Shown: positions 27,405 to 40,100 of the stretch, piece by piece
Position numbering within the stretch: position 1 is the first letter of the stretch
Layout: each line of letters begins with the position of its first letter
Origin: a virus
Length of the DNA stretch: 64,000 nucleotides
Virus record (IMG/VR): IMGVR_UViG_3300003323_000328
Coordinates: 27,913 to 91,912 of that record
Reading direction: 5' to 3' (one strand)
Position numbers and translations under genes: made by a program
The notes under the pieces: generated by a model
The model's database searches: none
The model's input: the letters and a program-made list of their open reading frames with translations, nothing else
What the model was told of the DNA's origin: nothing

Positions 27405-30400
27405 TGGGAAAACAAACTAAAAAAGATTCTTCACTGTTTTCTGATTATTCATTTGATGACCCTGTAGTAAAACCTACAGGGTTTTCTGATTTTGTACAGG
27501 AACCATTAACTAAAGAAGAAGGTAGAAGTTTATTCAGACAAGCTGGATTTCAAGGAGATAGTCAATATGATAAAGGCTTAGTTTTTGGAAGTAATCAACA
27601 AAAACAAAGAGCACTTAATCAACCATGGTATGATCAATTAGGTAATCAAGCCACTAAAATTGTTCCCGGTATTGCTTTAGGATTAATAGAAAATGCTGGA
27701 TATATAGGAGAATTATTTGATGATACGAATGATTATAGAAATGCTTTTACAGATTTTGCTACTAGAAATAGACAAAATATGGAAGAAGCACTTCCTACTT
27801 ATAGAGAAAATCCAAATCAGGTTTTCGATTTAAAAGACCCTGCATGGTGGATGCAACATGGGGAAGGTTTAGTAGAATCCATAGGAGAATTTTTTGTAAC
27901 TGGTGCTGGAATTGGAGGAGCTTTAGGTAAATCTGCTAAAGGTCTTACTTCTGTACTTAAAGCTGGTAGATATGGAGAAGCTTTAGGTCAGGGTATTGCT
28001 CAGTTAGGTACAGCTTCTGCATTAGCATATACTGAAGGTGCCATGTCAGGTGCTCAAGTTTATCAAGATGTTTTAAGTCAAACAGGAGATAAAAAGAAAG
28101 CTGCTGATGCAGCTAGTACAACTGTTCAACTTAATACTATTATCAATACTGGATTAAATTTAACATCTGTTGTACCATTTTTTAAAACTGTTGATAATTT
28201 AGCTAGTACTAGTAAACTAGGTTTATCAAGAAAGGCTGGTGAAAAATTAGATGATTGGTTAGGAAGATTAAATGGTATAGAAGCTAATGGTGTACCTGAA
28301 GCTTCTTTTAGAAAGTCTCTTATAGCAGAAGCTGGACAAGAAGCATTAGAGGAAGATGTAAACTTATTTGCAGAATCTGAAGGTAGGATAAAAGGAGGTA
28401 TTGAAAAAGCAACTTCAGTTGATCCTTTTACACGATTTTTAAATAAGTCCTTTACAGAAGAAGGTGCTTTAAATGCAATTTTAGGTGCAGTAGGTGGTGT
28501 TGGACAAACTTTAGGTTCAGAATTAATTCCATATAGAGATTATACAGACGCTAACGGAAAAGAAACAAAAGTAAATAATAAGACTCTTGCAACTCTTTTA
28601 GATAATAAACAAGCTAGAGATTATATAACTACTTTAAAAGAAGATATAGGTTATGTTACAACTAAACAAAAAGAACTTAATACAGCTCTAGAAGCTAATA
28701 ATAAAGAAGGAGTAGAAAAGGCTAGAGAAGATCTTTTTAATATAGCTGCTTTAAAATCTATAAGAGAAGGTATAGGTGAAGAATTTGGAGAAGATTTAAA
28801 ACAAATAGCTAATACTGATAATTCTCAAATTGGAGAAGATGGCAATACAGATGCCATGAGGAAAGGATATGCCGACTCGCCAACTGACAATGCTTATAGG
28901 GAAAGAGCTGTTAAGAAAATAGCTGATTTACATACTCTTGGAAATGAGTATCAAAATATTAGACGTATTTTTCCTGATAAGTTTGTAGCTGATGAAGTTT
29001 TTAGACAAAGAATGAATGTTTATTCTAATCAGGAATTAGTTGATAATCTTGATAAACAAACGGCTATTCTTACCTCTGAAATACTTAAAACTGCACCTAA
29101 TCCTGAAATTAGCACTGTAATAGAAAACTATGCTAATGTAAATGCTTTAAATCAAGTTATTAGTAGTCTAAAAGAAAATAATTCTAATCCTACCATTATT
29201 AAAGGATTAGAAAATTCTTTGAGTATAGAACAAAAACTACTTGATGATTCTCTACAAGCCGATCCTAGTCTTAAAGAAACTCTTGATAAAAATAAAGGAA
29301 TAGCTAATCAACTAGTGCTTTCAAGAGCACCTCTTGTTCTTTATAGAGAAGAACTTAATGCTTTAAAAGCAGATTATAGTAAACTTCTCAATAATACTAA
29401 AGAAACTAGTGATAGATTACTTAAGAAAAGAGATGAAATAGTAGATACTATTAAGGCTAATGAAGAACAGAAGACTATCAATCAAGAAAAACTTCAAGAA
29501 ACTAAAGACCTTAATACAACTAAACAAGAAAAAGTAACTAAGTTTAGAGAGCCAGCAGGCGAAGGAGTATCTATTATATCCTCTCCTGAAGGAGGTTTTG
29601 ATGTCGTAGATGATGAAGCTCAAGCAGCTTTATCTAATCATCCAACAGTTGAAGAAGCTAGAGTTGCTGCTAAACAGTTAAGTCAACCTAAAGTTAAAGA
29701 AACAATAACTCCAATCAAAGAAGTTCCTCCTGAACCTACTATAATACAAACTAAGCCAGAACCAGATTTCAGTAATCATGGAACAACTGGAAAAGAATAT
29801 AAAGAATTAACTACGACTACAGAAGAAAGTATTGAGGTAATTCCAGATAATAATACTAATAGATCATTCAAAATAGCTTATAGAGCTAAAGAGAATGATA
29901 ACTCTCCTATAAATCCTACTTATTTAGAGTTACATTCTCCTTCTATAAATACTGGTACACCTTTAGTGTTACAAGTGGCTAAAGAAACTTCTTTTTACAA
30001 AGAAGATTTATCAAATGATAAACTTCCTATTGGTATTTATATTAAAGGAGAACTAAAAGGTTATGTATCTCTTCCTAAAGAAGGAGATAAAAATCTTAAG
30101 TTAATTAGAGAATACATTATTAAAAATGGTCCAGTTAATACAACTATTTCTGATAAGGATATGGGGGTGTTAAATAAATCTCAAAATAAACTTACTACTA
30201 CACAAGCTATGCCAGTAGTTAAAGATATTGTAGTGGGAAGAGATAATAAATTTCTTAAGGGTCCTGCTAATGAATATGCTAGTGATTTATTAGTTAATAA
30301 AACCAATACTATACAAAATGGTATTACGTATGCTGTTGTAACTTCTCCTAATGGAAAAGATATGGCAATACCATTAGATACTAAGAAACTTGATAAAGAA

Positions 30401-31186
30401 ATTGTAGATTCTATTGTATTAGCTACTAGAATATTTATTAATCCTGATTCTATCTTAGACCAAGATCAAAAACTACTTGATGAATTATTTGATAAATATG
30501 AAATTGATTTAAGAACTCCTGCTGGATATGAAAGGTATTTTAAATTTTTCTTATATAATTATAGTGGATTAAAGGACCCTATTAAAGTAGCTGAGTTTAA
30601 CCAAGATAAAAAAGACAAATATTGGGTTAATTTTACTGGTAATGGTATTCAGTATATGAAATCTGGTGGAGCTGTTACTGTTAATAATCTTCTTCAAGCT
30701 AAAGAAGTTGGAAGAAATACACCACCAGAAGTTGTAGATCATTACATAGATGAATTAGGTATTCATCTTAGTCACATGCACTATAATATCGATTTAACTG
30801 ATTTACAGAATAATCAAAAAGTTTCTTTACCTATTTTATCTTATAATGAAAAGGCAGATAAATTAGAATATACAGAATATAAACAAAGTGATTATAAAAA
30901 TCATGTTAAAGCTAGTACTGAAACTAATATTATAGGTGCTGCTATTAAAGAAAATGAGTATACATATTTTATACAACCTAAGATATTTTTCAATACCGAT
31001 TTTATGGGAACAGTTGCAGAACAAAATAATGGAAAACCTTTAGATAAAAGAGAAGAAAAACCTATATTGAGTACAAAAGAAACTGGATTACCTTCTATAG
31101 CAAAAAGATTAGGAAAATCAAAAGTTGATCCAGATCAAGTAACTGATGAAGTTATAGAAGAACGTCAAAAATATTGTAATAAATGA
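27404..31186 (+). CDS. large ejection protein, partner of virion RNA polymerase
   Basis: 1260 aa; Gly/Ala-rich hydrophobic segments, EAGQEALEE motif, long coiled coils; directly upstream of RNAP. Confidence 0.7.
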   Translation: MGKQTKKDSSLFSDYSFDDPVVKPTGFSDFVQEPLTKEEGRSLFRQAGFQGDSQYDKGLVFGSNQQKQRALNQPWYDQLGNQATKIVPGIALGLIENAGYIGELFDDTNDYRNAFTDFATRNRQNMEEALPTYRENPNQVFDLKDPAWWMQHGEGLVESIGEFFVTGAGIGGALGKSAKGLTSVLKAGRYGEALGQGIAQLGTASALAYTEGAMSGAQVYQDVLSQTGDKKKAADAASTTVQLNTIINTGLNLTSVVPFFKTVDNLASTSKLGLSRKAGEKLDDWLGRLNGIEANGVPEASFRKSLIAEAGQEALEEDVNLFAESEGRIKGGIEKATSVDPFTRFLNKSFTEEGALNAILGAVGGVGQTLGSELIPYRDYTDANGKETKVNNKTLATLLDNKQARDYITTLKEDIGYVTTKQKELNTALEANNKEGVEKAREDLFNIAALKSIREGIGEEFGEDLKQIANTDNSQIGEDGNTDAMRKGYADSPTDNAYRERAVKKIADLHTLGNEYQNIRRIFPDKFVADEVFRQRMNVYSNQELVDNLDKQTAILTSEILKTAPNPEISTVIENYANVNALNQVISSLKENNSNPTIIKGLENSLSIEQKLLDDSLQADPSLKETLDKNKGIANQLVLSRAPLVLYREELNALKADYSKLLNNTKETSDRLLKKRDEIVDTIKANEEQKTINQEKLQETKDLNTTKQEKVTKFREPAGEGVSIISSPEGGFDVVDDEAQAALSNHPTVEEARVAAKQLSQPKVKETITPIKEVPPEPTIIQTKPEPDFSNHGTTGKEYKELTTTTEESIEVIPDNNTNRSFKIAYRAKENDNSPINPTYLELHSPSINTGTPLVLQVAKETSFYKEDLSNDKLPIGIYIKGELKGYVSLPKEGDKNLKLIREYIIKNGPVNTTISDKDMGVLNKSQNKLTTTQAMPVVKDIVVGRDNKFLKGPANEYASDLLVNKTNTIQNGITYAVVTSPNGKDMAIPLDTKKLDKEIVDSIVLATRIFINPDSILDQDQKLLDELFDKYEIDLRTPAGYERYFKFFLYNYSGLKDPIKVAEFNQDKKDKYWVNFTGNGIQYMKSGGAVTVNNLLQAKEVGRNTPPEVVDHYIDELGIHLSHMHYNIDLTDLQNNQKVSLPILSYNEKADKLEYTEYKQSDYKNHVKASTETNIIGAAIKENEYTYFIQPKIFFNTDFMGTVAEQNNGKPLDKREEKPILSTKETGLPSIAKRLGKSKVDPDQVTDEVIEERQKYCNK

Positions 31187-34100
31187 AGTGTCCTGTTAAG
31201 AGTACTCCTGATTGGAAAGCATTAGTAGATTTAGTTGGAGAAGATACTGCTTATGCTATTTATGTAAAAAATAATGAAGAAATTCCTGATCCTAAGGATT
31301 TTCAAAATTACATTAATTATAATCTTAGAGTAGTAACTGCTCTTAATTCTGATAAAGTTAGAGAACCTAAAAATAATAAAGAAGGTTTTCTTAACGATTT
31401 AATTAAACAAGGAGTACCTAAGGATCAACTTAATTTAGTTGAAAATTCTTTAGATAGTGTAGAAACTAAAGAGGATTTAAAGGAACAACTTATATTATCA
31501 ACAGTTTCTGGTATAGAGACAGCAGTTACTACTGATAAATCTGGTAATCCAACAAGTGTTTATAAAGATTTAAATGTTCCAGGAGGAAAAAATTATAAAG
31601 AAGTTGAGATAAGAACTCCTGATTTAATTTCTCCTATTAGAGGACATGCCGAATTTAGCACTAAAAAAGGTATTGGCTGGTTTAGAGCAGATGAAAAAGA
31701 AAATGATTCAAGTATTAGACGTGTACTAGAAGTACAATCTGATCTTTTTCAAAAAAGAAGAAAGAGTTTAAAGAACTCATTATTAAACTTGTTGAATAAT
31801 GATAATAATTGGGTAAGTTTTTTTGTTCGATCTATTATTCAAGACAGTTTTAAAAAAGGGTACAATAAAGTATTATTTCCTAGTGGTAATACTGCTAATA
31901 AAGTAGAAGGACAAGAAACTGTAGATGGATTTGTTGAAACTACAACTAAAAGGCTTAATGATATAAAAGAACGTAAATCTGCTTTTGAACAGACTTATAA
32001 AAAAGAAATAAAACAAAATGATGTTTCTACATTTACTCACAATAATGAGTATTATATGAGGAAACCGCGTAGTAAAACAAATAGTAAAATTACTTACGAG
32101 AAAAACTCAAATAATAAAACTATTAGTATTACTGCAGATCAATTCGCAAATGCTTATAAAGAATTTGTAGTAAGTCAATTTGATACTGAAATAGAAGCTT
32201 TAGAAAAGGAATTAAAAGATGTACAAGAAGGTAGAGTACCTTTTGTAGCTATTAATAAATTTTATCAAGATACTATTAAAAACACTCTAAAGAAAAGAGG
32301 GTACAATCCTACAGAAATTACAGATGAACATGCTAACACATGGTTTGAAGTAAATACAAATAATACTCCTATAGCTTTCTCTCCAAGCGAACAAACTATT
32401 GAACAGATTTACAGTGATTTAGTTATTCCGGGATTTAGTGCATATACTCAGAATGAAGCTGTTAATCATATAGCTGAACAAGTTATTATTTCTATAGATA
32501 CAACTCCTGGTATTTCATTCAATCAGGCTATTAGTAAGTTTGTAAACTATGCTGAAGATCAAATATTAACAGGAAATGAAAAGTATGAACCTATAGTAGA
32601 AAATATTGATAAATTTAGACAATTAGTTTTAGAAAGACTTAATAGAATAGGACTTTTACATAAAACTCCTATTGATGAAAATGATCAACTTACTATAGAA
32701 GGGGATGATGTATCTGATAGTTTTTATTGGGAGGATGATTGGGTATTTAAGTATAATAGTAAAATGAATGCACAAGAAACTATTAAAAAGTTTCTTACTT
32801 TTATACCTAAAACTACTTATGAGGATGGGGAGTACTACGAAGTAGAAAACTATCTTGGTACTTTATCATTTATACCTTATGATGAAGTATTTGAAGATCT
32901 TAAAGCTATTTTAGCTGATACTCCTAATAATTGGGAGGCAATGAGAACTAAGTTAGAGGATATCCAGACTACTAAACCTTGGATATTCAATCTACTCTTT
33001 CAAATGAATAACTATGAAGGAGATAGACAACAACTTATTAATCAATTTGTAACTTCCTTTTCTTCTACCTATAGTAATTTTAAAACTCTTCTTTGGGATG
33101 AAGATAATGGAACTTATGAATTTAAATTAATTGATACAGATCAAAACTCAGTTGTTAAAAATCTTTTATTTAAATGGCAAAACAATTTTTATACAGTAAA
33201 TGTAGAAGTAGGAGAAGTTATATCTGAGTTAGAAAAACTTAAGGATAATAAAGATGTAAATAGAATAAGAAAGTTTTTTACATCAATAGGTATAGATATT
33301 ACTACTCAAACTGTACAAGATTTAATTGACGGTAAAGTAGGAAATCTAACTTATGAACAACATTTTACGAGTACTGACAAAGGGCTTTTCAATCTTATCA
33401 AGAGTAGGTTGGCAGGACGAAATTCAAACGGGCTTGATCAAGAAGATGTTATTAATCCTGTTATTAACAATTCTGCCATTAGAAATCTTGCTAATACAGA
33501 GTACCTCTACAATAATACATTATACTCTAATAGTCTACGTAATGGTGAAGGTAATACTGTTTACAGTTATTCTTTTAATAAGTTTATAACTAAGCAGTTT
33601 CAAAGGCTTCAAGATAATGATTATGTTACTAAATATAGTAATATAACTTTTAATAGTCCTATTATTAGAGATGGTCAACCATTATATAAAACATGGTTAT
33701 ATGAATTGAAACACAATCCTTCGTTCAAGGATACTTTCTCTATAAGCCCTTTCGACACCGTTAAGGAGTCTGGTCGAGAAGGGACCAAACTAAGTAAAAT
33801 GACTGATATAGACTTAGAACTAACTAAGTTACAATTATTTCAGAACAAAGGTAATACTAAAAAAGGTGTAGGAAGAATAGCTAATTATTTATTTACTGTT
33901 CCTGGTAAAACTACTTCTTATATATTTACAGCTCCAGTACTAGATATTGTAGTATCTAATAAAAAATTAGGCAAAACAACTAAAGATGCTATTTATTCTA
34001 TTGCTCTAACAGAACTAAGTAGAATTAATAATTCTTTTGGAAAAGATATTACAAATACTAGATATAAGAATGGTTCTAAGTTTTTTTACTTCTTTCCAAG

Positions 34101-37100
34101 TTTAAATAAGAAAACTACTCCTGAAATATGGAATACTGATGGAACAGTTAAGCTACCTACTACAAATGTTAATGGTAAGACAGTAGAAAGTATTATTAGA
34201 GAAAAGATAGAAGCTGCTATAACCAATGATATTAATAATAAAATATCAGAATGGAATGATATAGGTTTTATAAAAGATGGTGAATTAATTTATACAGATA
34301 AGTCTTATAAACAGGGAACTAAAACTGATCCCTTTTTAGCTGCTGCTGATTATATTGTTAATAACACTTTATTTGAATTTAATTTACATCAAACTTTTAT
34401 TGGTGATCCAGCTTTATATTATAAAAAGAGTCCTGAAGATACATGGGATGAAATAGGAAAAAGACTTGCGGCTCAAATAGCTCCTGGAAAGGATTTATCT
34501 TTATTTTCTCCTACTGAAGATTTTATATCTGTTAAAGTTAAAGATAGAGAAGGAGATATAGCTTTAAATATTGCTGAGTTAAAGAAAATACTTAAAGATG
34601 AAGCTGCACCTTATGAATCTCTTAATGGTACAGATGCACAAGAATTTACTACTCTTCCAGAAGCTTTATTAGTTAAATATAGATTAGGTAATATTACTTC
34701 TGAAGTTTATAATAATATACTTAATAGAATCAAGAAAGATAAGGATAATTTAGTTCTTACAGAACAAGAATTAAATACTGTTTTACAACCTGATAAACCA
34801 GTATATGTAAGTACAGATATACTTACTGATCAGGATGTTGTTTCTTTAGAATATGTAAAATCTTCTTCTATTCCTTTATTACCTCAATTTACTAAAGGAT
34901 TAGAGCTAGATAAATTACGTAAAGCTATGGAAAAACTGGAAACTGAAAAAGGTAAACCAGTTAGACTGGCTTTTGATTCTGCTACTAAAGTAGGTGGAGT
35001 TCCCTCTATATCTATTTTTAATGAAGATGGTACAATCAAATCTGATTTAGATCTAAGTAATAATTATAAAGTTCTTACTAGAGATGGATTTAGAATACAA
35101 CAGGATGTTCCTTATGACCCTAATTATGAAGAAGTAGTTAAATCTACTCAAGCCACTAAACTTCTTTTTGACTCTATATTAGAAACTTCTGGATTTAATT
35201 ATAAAGGAAGCGATTATACAGGAAAACAATTAAAAGATGTCTGGAACAATCTTCATAAACAATTATTTGAAGGTAGTGCTGCTACATTACAAAAAGATAT
35301 TACACTTCCTGATGGTTCTTTAGATAGTCAAAAAATTCAACAAATTTTAGCAGAAGAAGCAGTTAAAAGAGAGTATACTCCTGCTGAAATTGCTTCTTTA
35401 TCTATACTTCCTGATGGCAGGTTTGAATTTCCTTTTTGGGCTTTAAATAGCAGTAAAAAATTTGAATCTATTATTACATCTCTTTATACTAATAGAGTTG
35501 TAAAACAAAAGATGCATGGAAGCTCTTATGTTCTTGTATCAGAAGAAGGAACTCAGGGTAAGTCTAAAGGTATAGTTTATACTTCCAATTATGAAGGTAA
35601 ACTTAAACCAATGAGAGTTGAAAATGGAGTTGTAAAAGGAGCACAAGTTTTAATTCCATGGAAATTTAAGGCTGATATAAATAAATTTATTACTGACGGT
35701 GTTATAGATAATACTAAAGTACCAGAAGAAGTATTAGAGCAATTTGGATTTCGTATTCCTAATCAAGGACATAATTCAATGTCTCTCATAGAAGTGGTTG
35801 GTTTTTTACCACCAGTAATGGGAGATATAGTAGTAGCATCTCGGAATTTTATTACTCAGATGGGTTCTGACTTTGACGTTGATAAACTTTATGTATACGA
35901 CTATTTTGTAAACATAGATGATAAAGTAAGTAAACAAGATAATATAAAGAATGATATTTTAGATATTCATAAAACTGTTCTTAAAAATCCTAAAGTATTT
36001 AAAAGTGCAGTTACTCCTCTAGGTAATGTTAAAGATAGTGAGTCTGCTAAATATCTTAAAAGTATTTATAAACAATCTATAGAAAATAGATTATCACCTG
36101 ATTATAAAAAAGCTAAATATCTTGAATCTATTGATGGTAAAGCAATGGTTGGTATAGAATCATTAGCTTCTACTCTAAATACAATTCTTCAAGAAAAAGA
36201 TATTTATATACAAAAACCGATTAAAGCCGATAGAAAAACAGTTTATGTAAAAGATTATATTACTTTTGGAGATGACAAAGGAAGTACTATACTATTAAAT
36301 AATCTGTCTTCTCCGCTTACTTGGAGAGGTAATAGTAAAAACTCTGTTATTTCCGCTGATCAATCTGCTGCTGTTGATAATGAAAAAGATCCAACTCTTT
36401 CTTATATTAATAGTAATCCTATAACTGCTCCTGCTAGAACTGCTTTACGTCAGCTTGGTCTTGAAGCAGATCATTTGAACTATTTTATGGCACAGGATGT
36501 AGTACGTTCTTTTACTAAACAAGTAAGAGCTAAGAGAAGCTTTTTATCTTCTTTTAGTAATAATATAGAAGAAACTATATTAGCTAATTTAATTAACGAT
36601 ACTAGAAAAGCTTATTTAAATACTCTGAGTGATTCTGATAAAGTATCTTATACAGATGATAGTTTATTAGATACTAAACTAACACAGAATCAGTTAAAAA
36701 AGAATCTTACTGAAAAAAGTTTATATATAGACTTACAAGTATTACTTCGTTTTGCTAAAGCATATAAAATTGGTAAGGACTTAAACACTATACAAAATGC
36801 TATCAATATAGAAAGTGGAGGAGTTGGTAAATCTGTTTTAGAGGTAGCTAATAAAAATAAAAGAATTAATAATCTTTCTAATATTAATTATGTAGCTAAT
36901 GTGACTACATTATTAGGAGACATGAAAGAAAGTGGATTAGTTCCTAACACATATTCTGGTTATGCAGTTACAAATAGTGTTCTTTTGGCTAATGATACTT
37001 TTAGTAAGCCCAATGATTTCTTTAAGTACGGTACTAGATCATTTAAACAAGTACTTGAAGAATTTACAGATATTACTGATAATATTCCTTCTGTAGATCA

Positions 37101-40100
37101 AACAGAAGTACTTTGGAATGGTCTTAAGAGTTTTGTTTTTGCTAATAAAATATCAGATAGAAGAAAAGACTTATTTTTAGGTAAAGAGGCTTTAGCTCAT
37201 AAAATAAAAGAATTTATTAAAACTAAAGAAGGTAGAACTAATCAATTTTTATTAAGACTTTCTTTTGATACTAAACCTAATCAACCCCAATTAATTAGCT
37301 ACAATGCGGCTAAAGAAGAATATGTAGATGAAATTAATATTTATAGAGGATTTTTAGATTTACTTGTTTCTCCTAACGAAACTACTAAACAACTTGGAAG
37401 AGATTTAGTAGATTATTTTTATCTTAATGGTGGTATACAACAAGCTAGGGAATGGGGTAAATATATACATCCTAGTTATTTAAAAGGAACTGTATATTAT
37501 AGTATTTTTAACGAAACTGATTTTGAAAATTTAGATACTATTGGATATGAAGAAGGTATTAGTAAATATACTAAACAATTTTTTCAGCATAATCCATGGT
37601 ATTTACCTACTTTAAATCTGCAATCTAATGAGTATAAAATTACTGAAGATACAATAGAATTAACTGATCCTCTTAATGTTAAAAAAGAATACCCTTTAGA
37701 ATTAAATGCTAAAGGTGAGTATCCTGTTATATTTAGTATTAAGGATAGTAAAAGTCCTAAAGGACATAAGATTTATGTTTCTATTGGTAATAATAAGTAT
37801 CAACAAATTAATGTTTTAGGAGCTACTAATTTTACTGAATATAATTGGACTGGAGAATCTATTATCCACAAAAATTATAATAAACCTACTAAAAAAGTAG
37901 CTGAGGTTAAAAATAAACCTATTAATGATACTAAAAGTGTACCAACTTTTTCTTTAGCAGAGTATACAGGAGATGTAAATAAAGTATTGAATAATATAAA
38001 AGATCCTAAGTATAAAGCTTTAGTTGATATACTAAAACAAAGAACTTATGATAATAATATAGAGTTTAATACATCTCTTCCACAGGGAGGAGAATATAGT
38101 TTAAATAATAAAACTATTTATATTAATCCTAATAAAGTAAAAAGTGTAGAAAGAACTATTCTTCATGAAGTAGTTCATGCTGCTACTATGAGAGCTTTTT
38201 ATTCTACTGATGGATTAACTGAGTCTCAAATAAATGCCGTGGAATCTTTAAGAAAAGTTAGATCATCCTTAAGGGATAAACTTATAGCTGGAGATTTTGA
38301 GGATATTGGATTAAAAGCTAGTGAATTAGAGGAATTTGAAACTTTATTTAAGGAAACTGCCAAAAGTAAAGAACAAGAAAAAAGAATGGTCGAATTAGTT
38401 CCTAAATATTATGGTTTTTATTCTGATGTAGAATTTATTAGTGAGCTATTTACAAGAGAAGAGTTTCAAAATACTCTTAATAATATTAAGTATGATAGTA
38501 ATAGATCTATATTAGATAGAATTGTTAATTTTATTACTACTATATTAAAAGAACTAGGAGTAAGTTCTAACACTGCTCTAGAAGCTTCTATTAAAGATGC
38601 AGTACTTCTTATTACCGATAAAAAAGAAAAGAAGAGTATTTTTGATCTTAGTAGATTAAATGATGTAACTGCAATGTCTCTTTCTGATTTTACTAATCAA
38701 GAATATAGAACACTGATTAATAAATTTGAAGAAAGATTAGCATTTATTGATAGCAGTATAGTTAAAGCTGTAATAGGAAATGAACCTGTTAGAGCTGAAC
38801 AATTAAGAGCTAGAAGGACTGAAGTAGAACAAGAATTTAATGAATTTAAAGATAACGCAGTTTTTGAAGGAGTTATTAAATTAGCTAACAATGATCTTAA
38901 AAATGTAGAAGAAATTCTAAAGCAACCTAGTATAAGTCATAATGATATTAATTATACAATACGTATAATTAAACAGTGGCAAGAAGCAAGTGATTTTGTT
39001 TTAGAAGAATCTGATGTTACAGATAGAAATACTCGCTATAAAGATATTAAAAAGATAGAAGCCGATGCTAGTGAGTTATATGATTTATGGATTCGAGTCG
39101 CTAGAAATAGTTTACTTTTAGCAGTTAAAGAAGAATCTGGACTTCAAAATCTTACACAAGAAGTATTAACTGCACAAAGTAAGATTAATACTCTTACTGC
39201 TAACTTAATGGATATATCTAGAACTGGTAATATTATATTATCAGTTATGGATAAATGGATGAGAGAATCAAGTAAAAGAGCTTCTCTAGAAGCAAATGCT
39301 ATTCATGAAGAAACTGCTAAACTTGTAGAAGGTATTAAAAATACTGATTTATTTAAAAAAGAAGGATATTATCTTTTTGCACAAAGAGACAATGAAGATA
39401 ATTTAACAGGTGAATTAGTTCGTCCTTTAAATGTAGAGTACTATAAAAATAGAAATCTGCTTCTAGAGAAAGCATCAAGGGAGGATAATAAAGAACTGAG
39501 AAGTATTTACTGGAAAGACTATTTCAATTGGATGAGAGAAAACCATACTTTCTTTGATATAAGAAAATTATACAAAGAAAATAATGATGGTACTTATACT
39601 TATAGTCCTGATACTGAATATGTAGATACTCTAAAGAAACAATTTAAAGAAAAGTTTAATAACCTGATAGAAGAACAAAAAAAGAAGATTGAGTTATATA
39701 ATGAAAAGTTAGGTTACAAAATACAATCTGTAGAAGGTGATCCTGAGGCTAATAGAGAAATAGAAAAGTGGAAAGCAGCTAATGATCCTACTATTTATTT
39801 AAGAAATGTTGTTAGTGGAGATTATAAGCAATCTATTATTGATGGAATATTTGTAAAAAATGAAGGACAGGAATATGTTGTAAAAAGAGCTAATAAAACT
39901 TGGGAAGATATTAGATATAACAAAATTCAAAATCAGCCAGAACTAAAAGCTTTTTACGATTATACAGTTCAAACTCTAAATAGACTTTACTCATTTATAC
40001 CGACTGGATTTAAAGAAGGTATAACAAATGCTACTATTCCTTCTATAAAGAAAAATCTTATAGAAGAATATAATGAGAAAGGAATGAATGCTGCTGTAAC

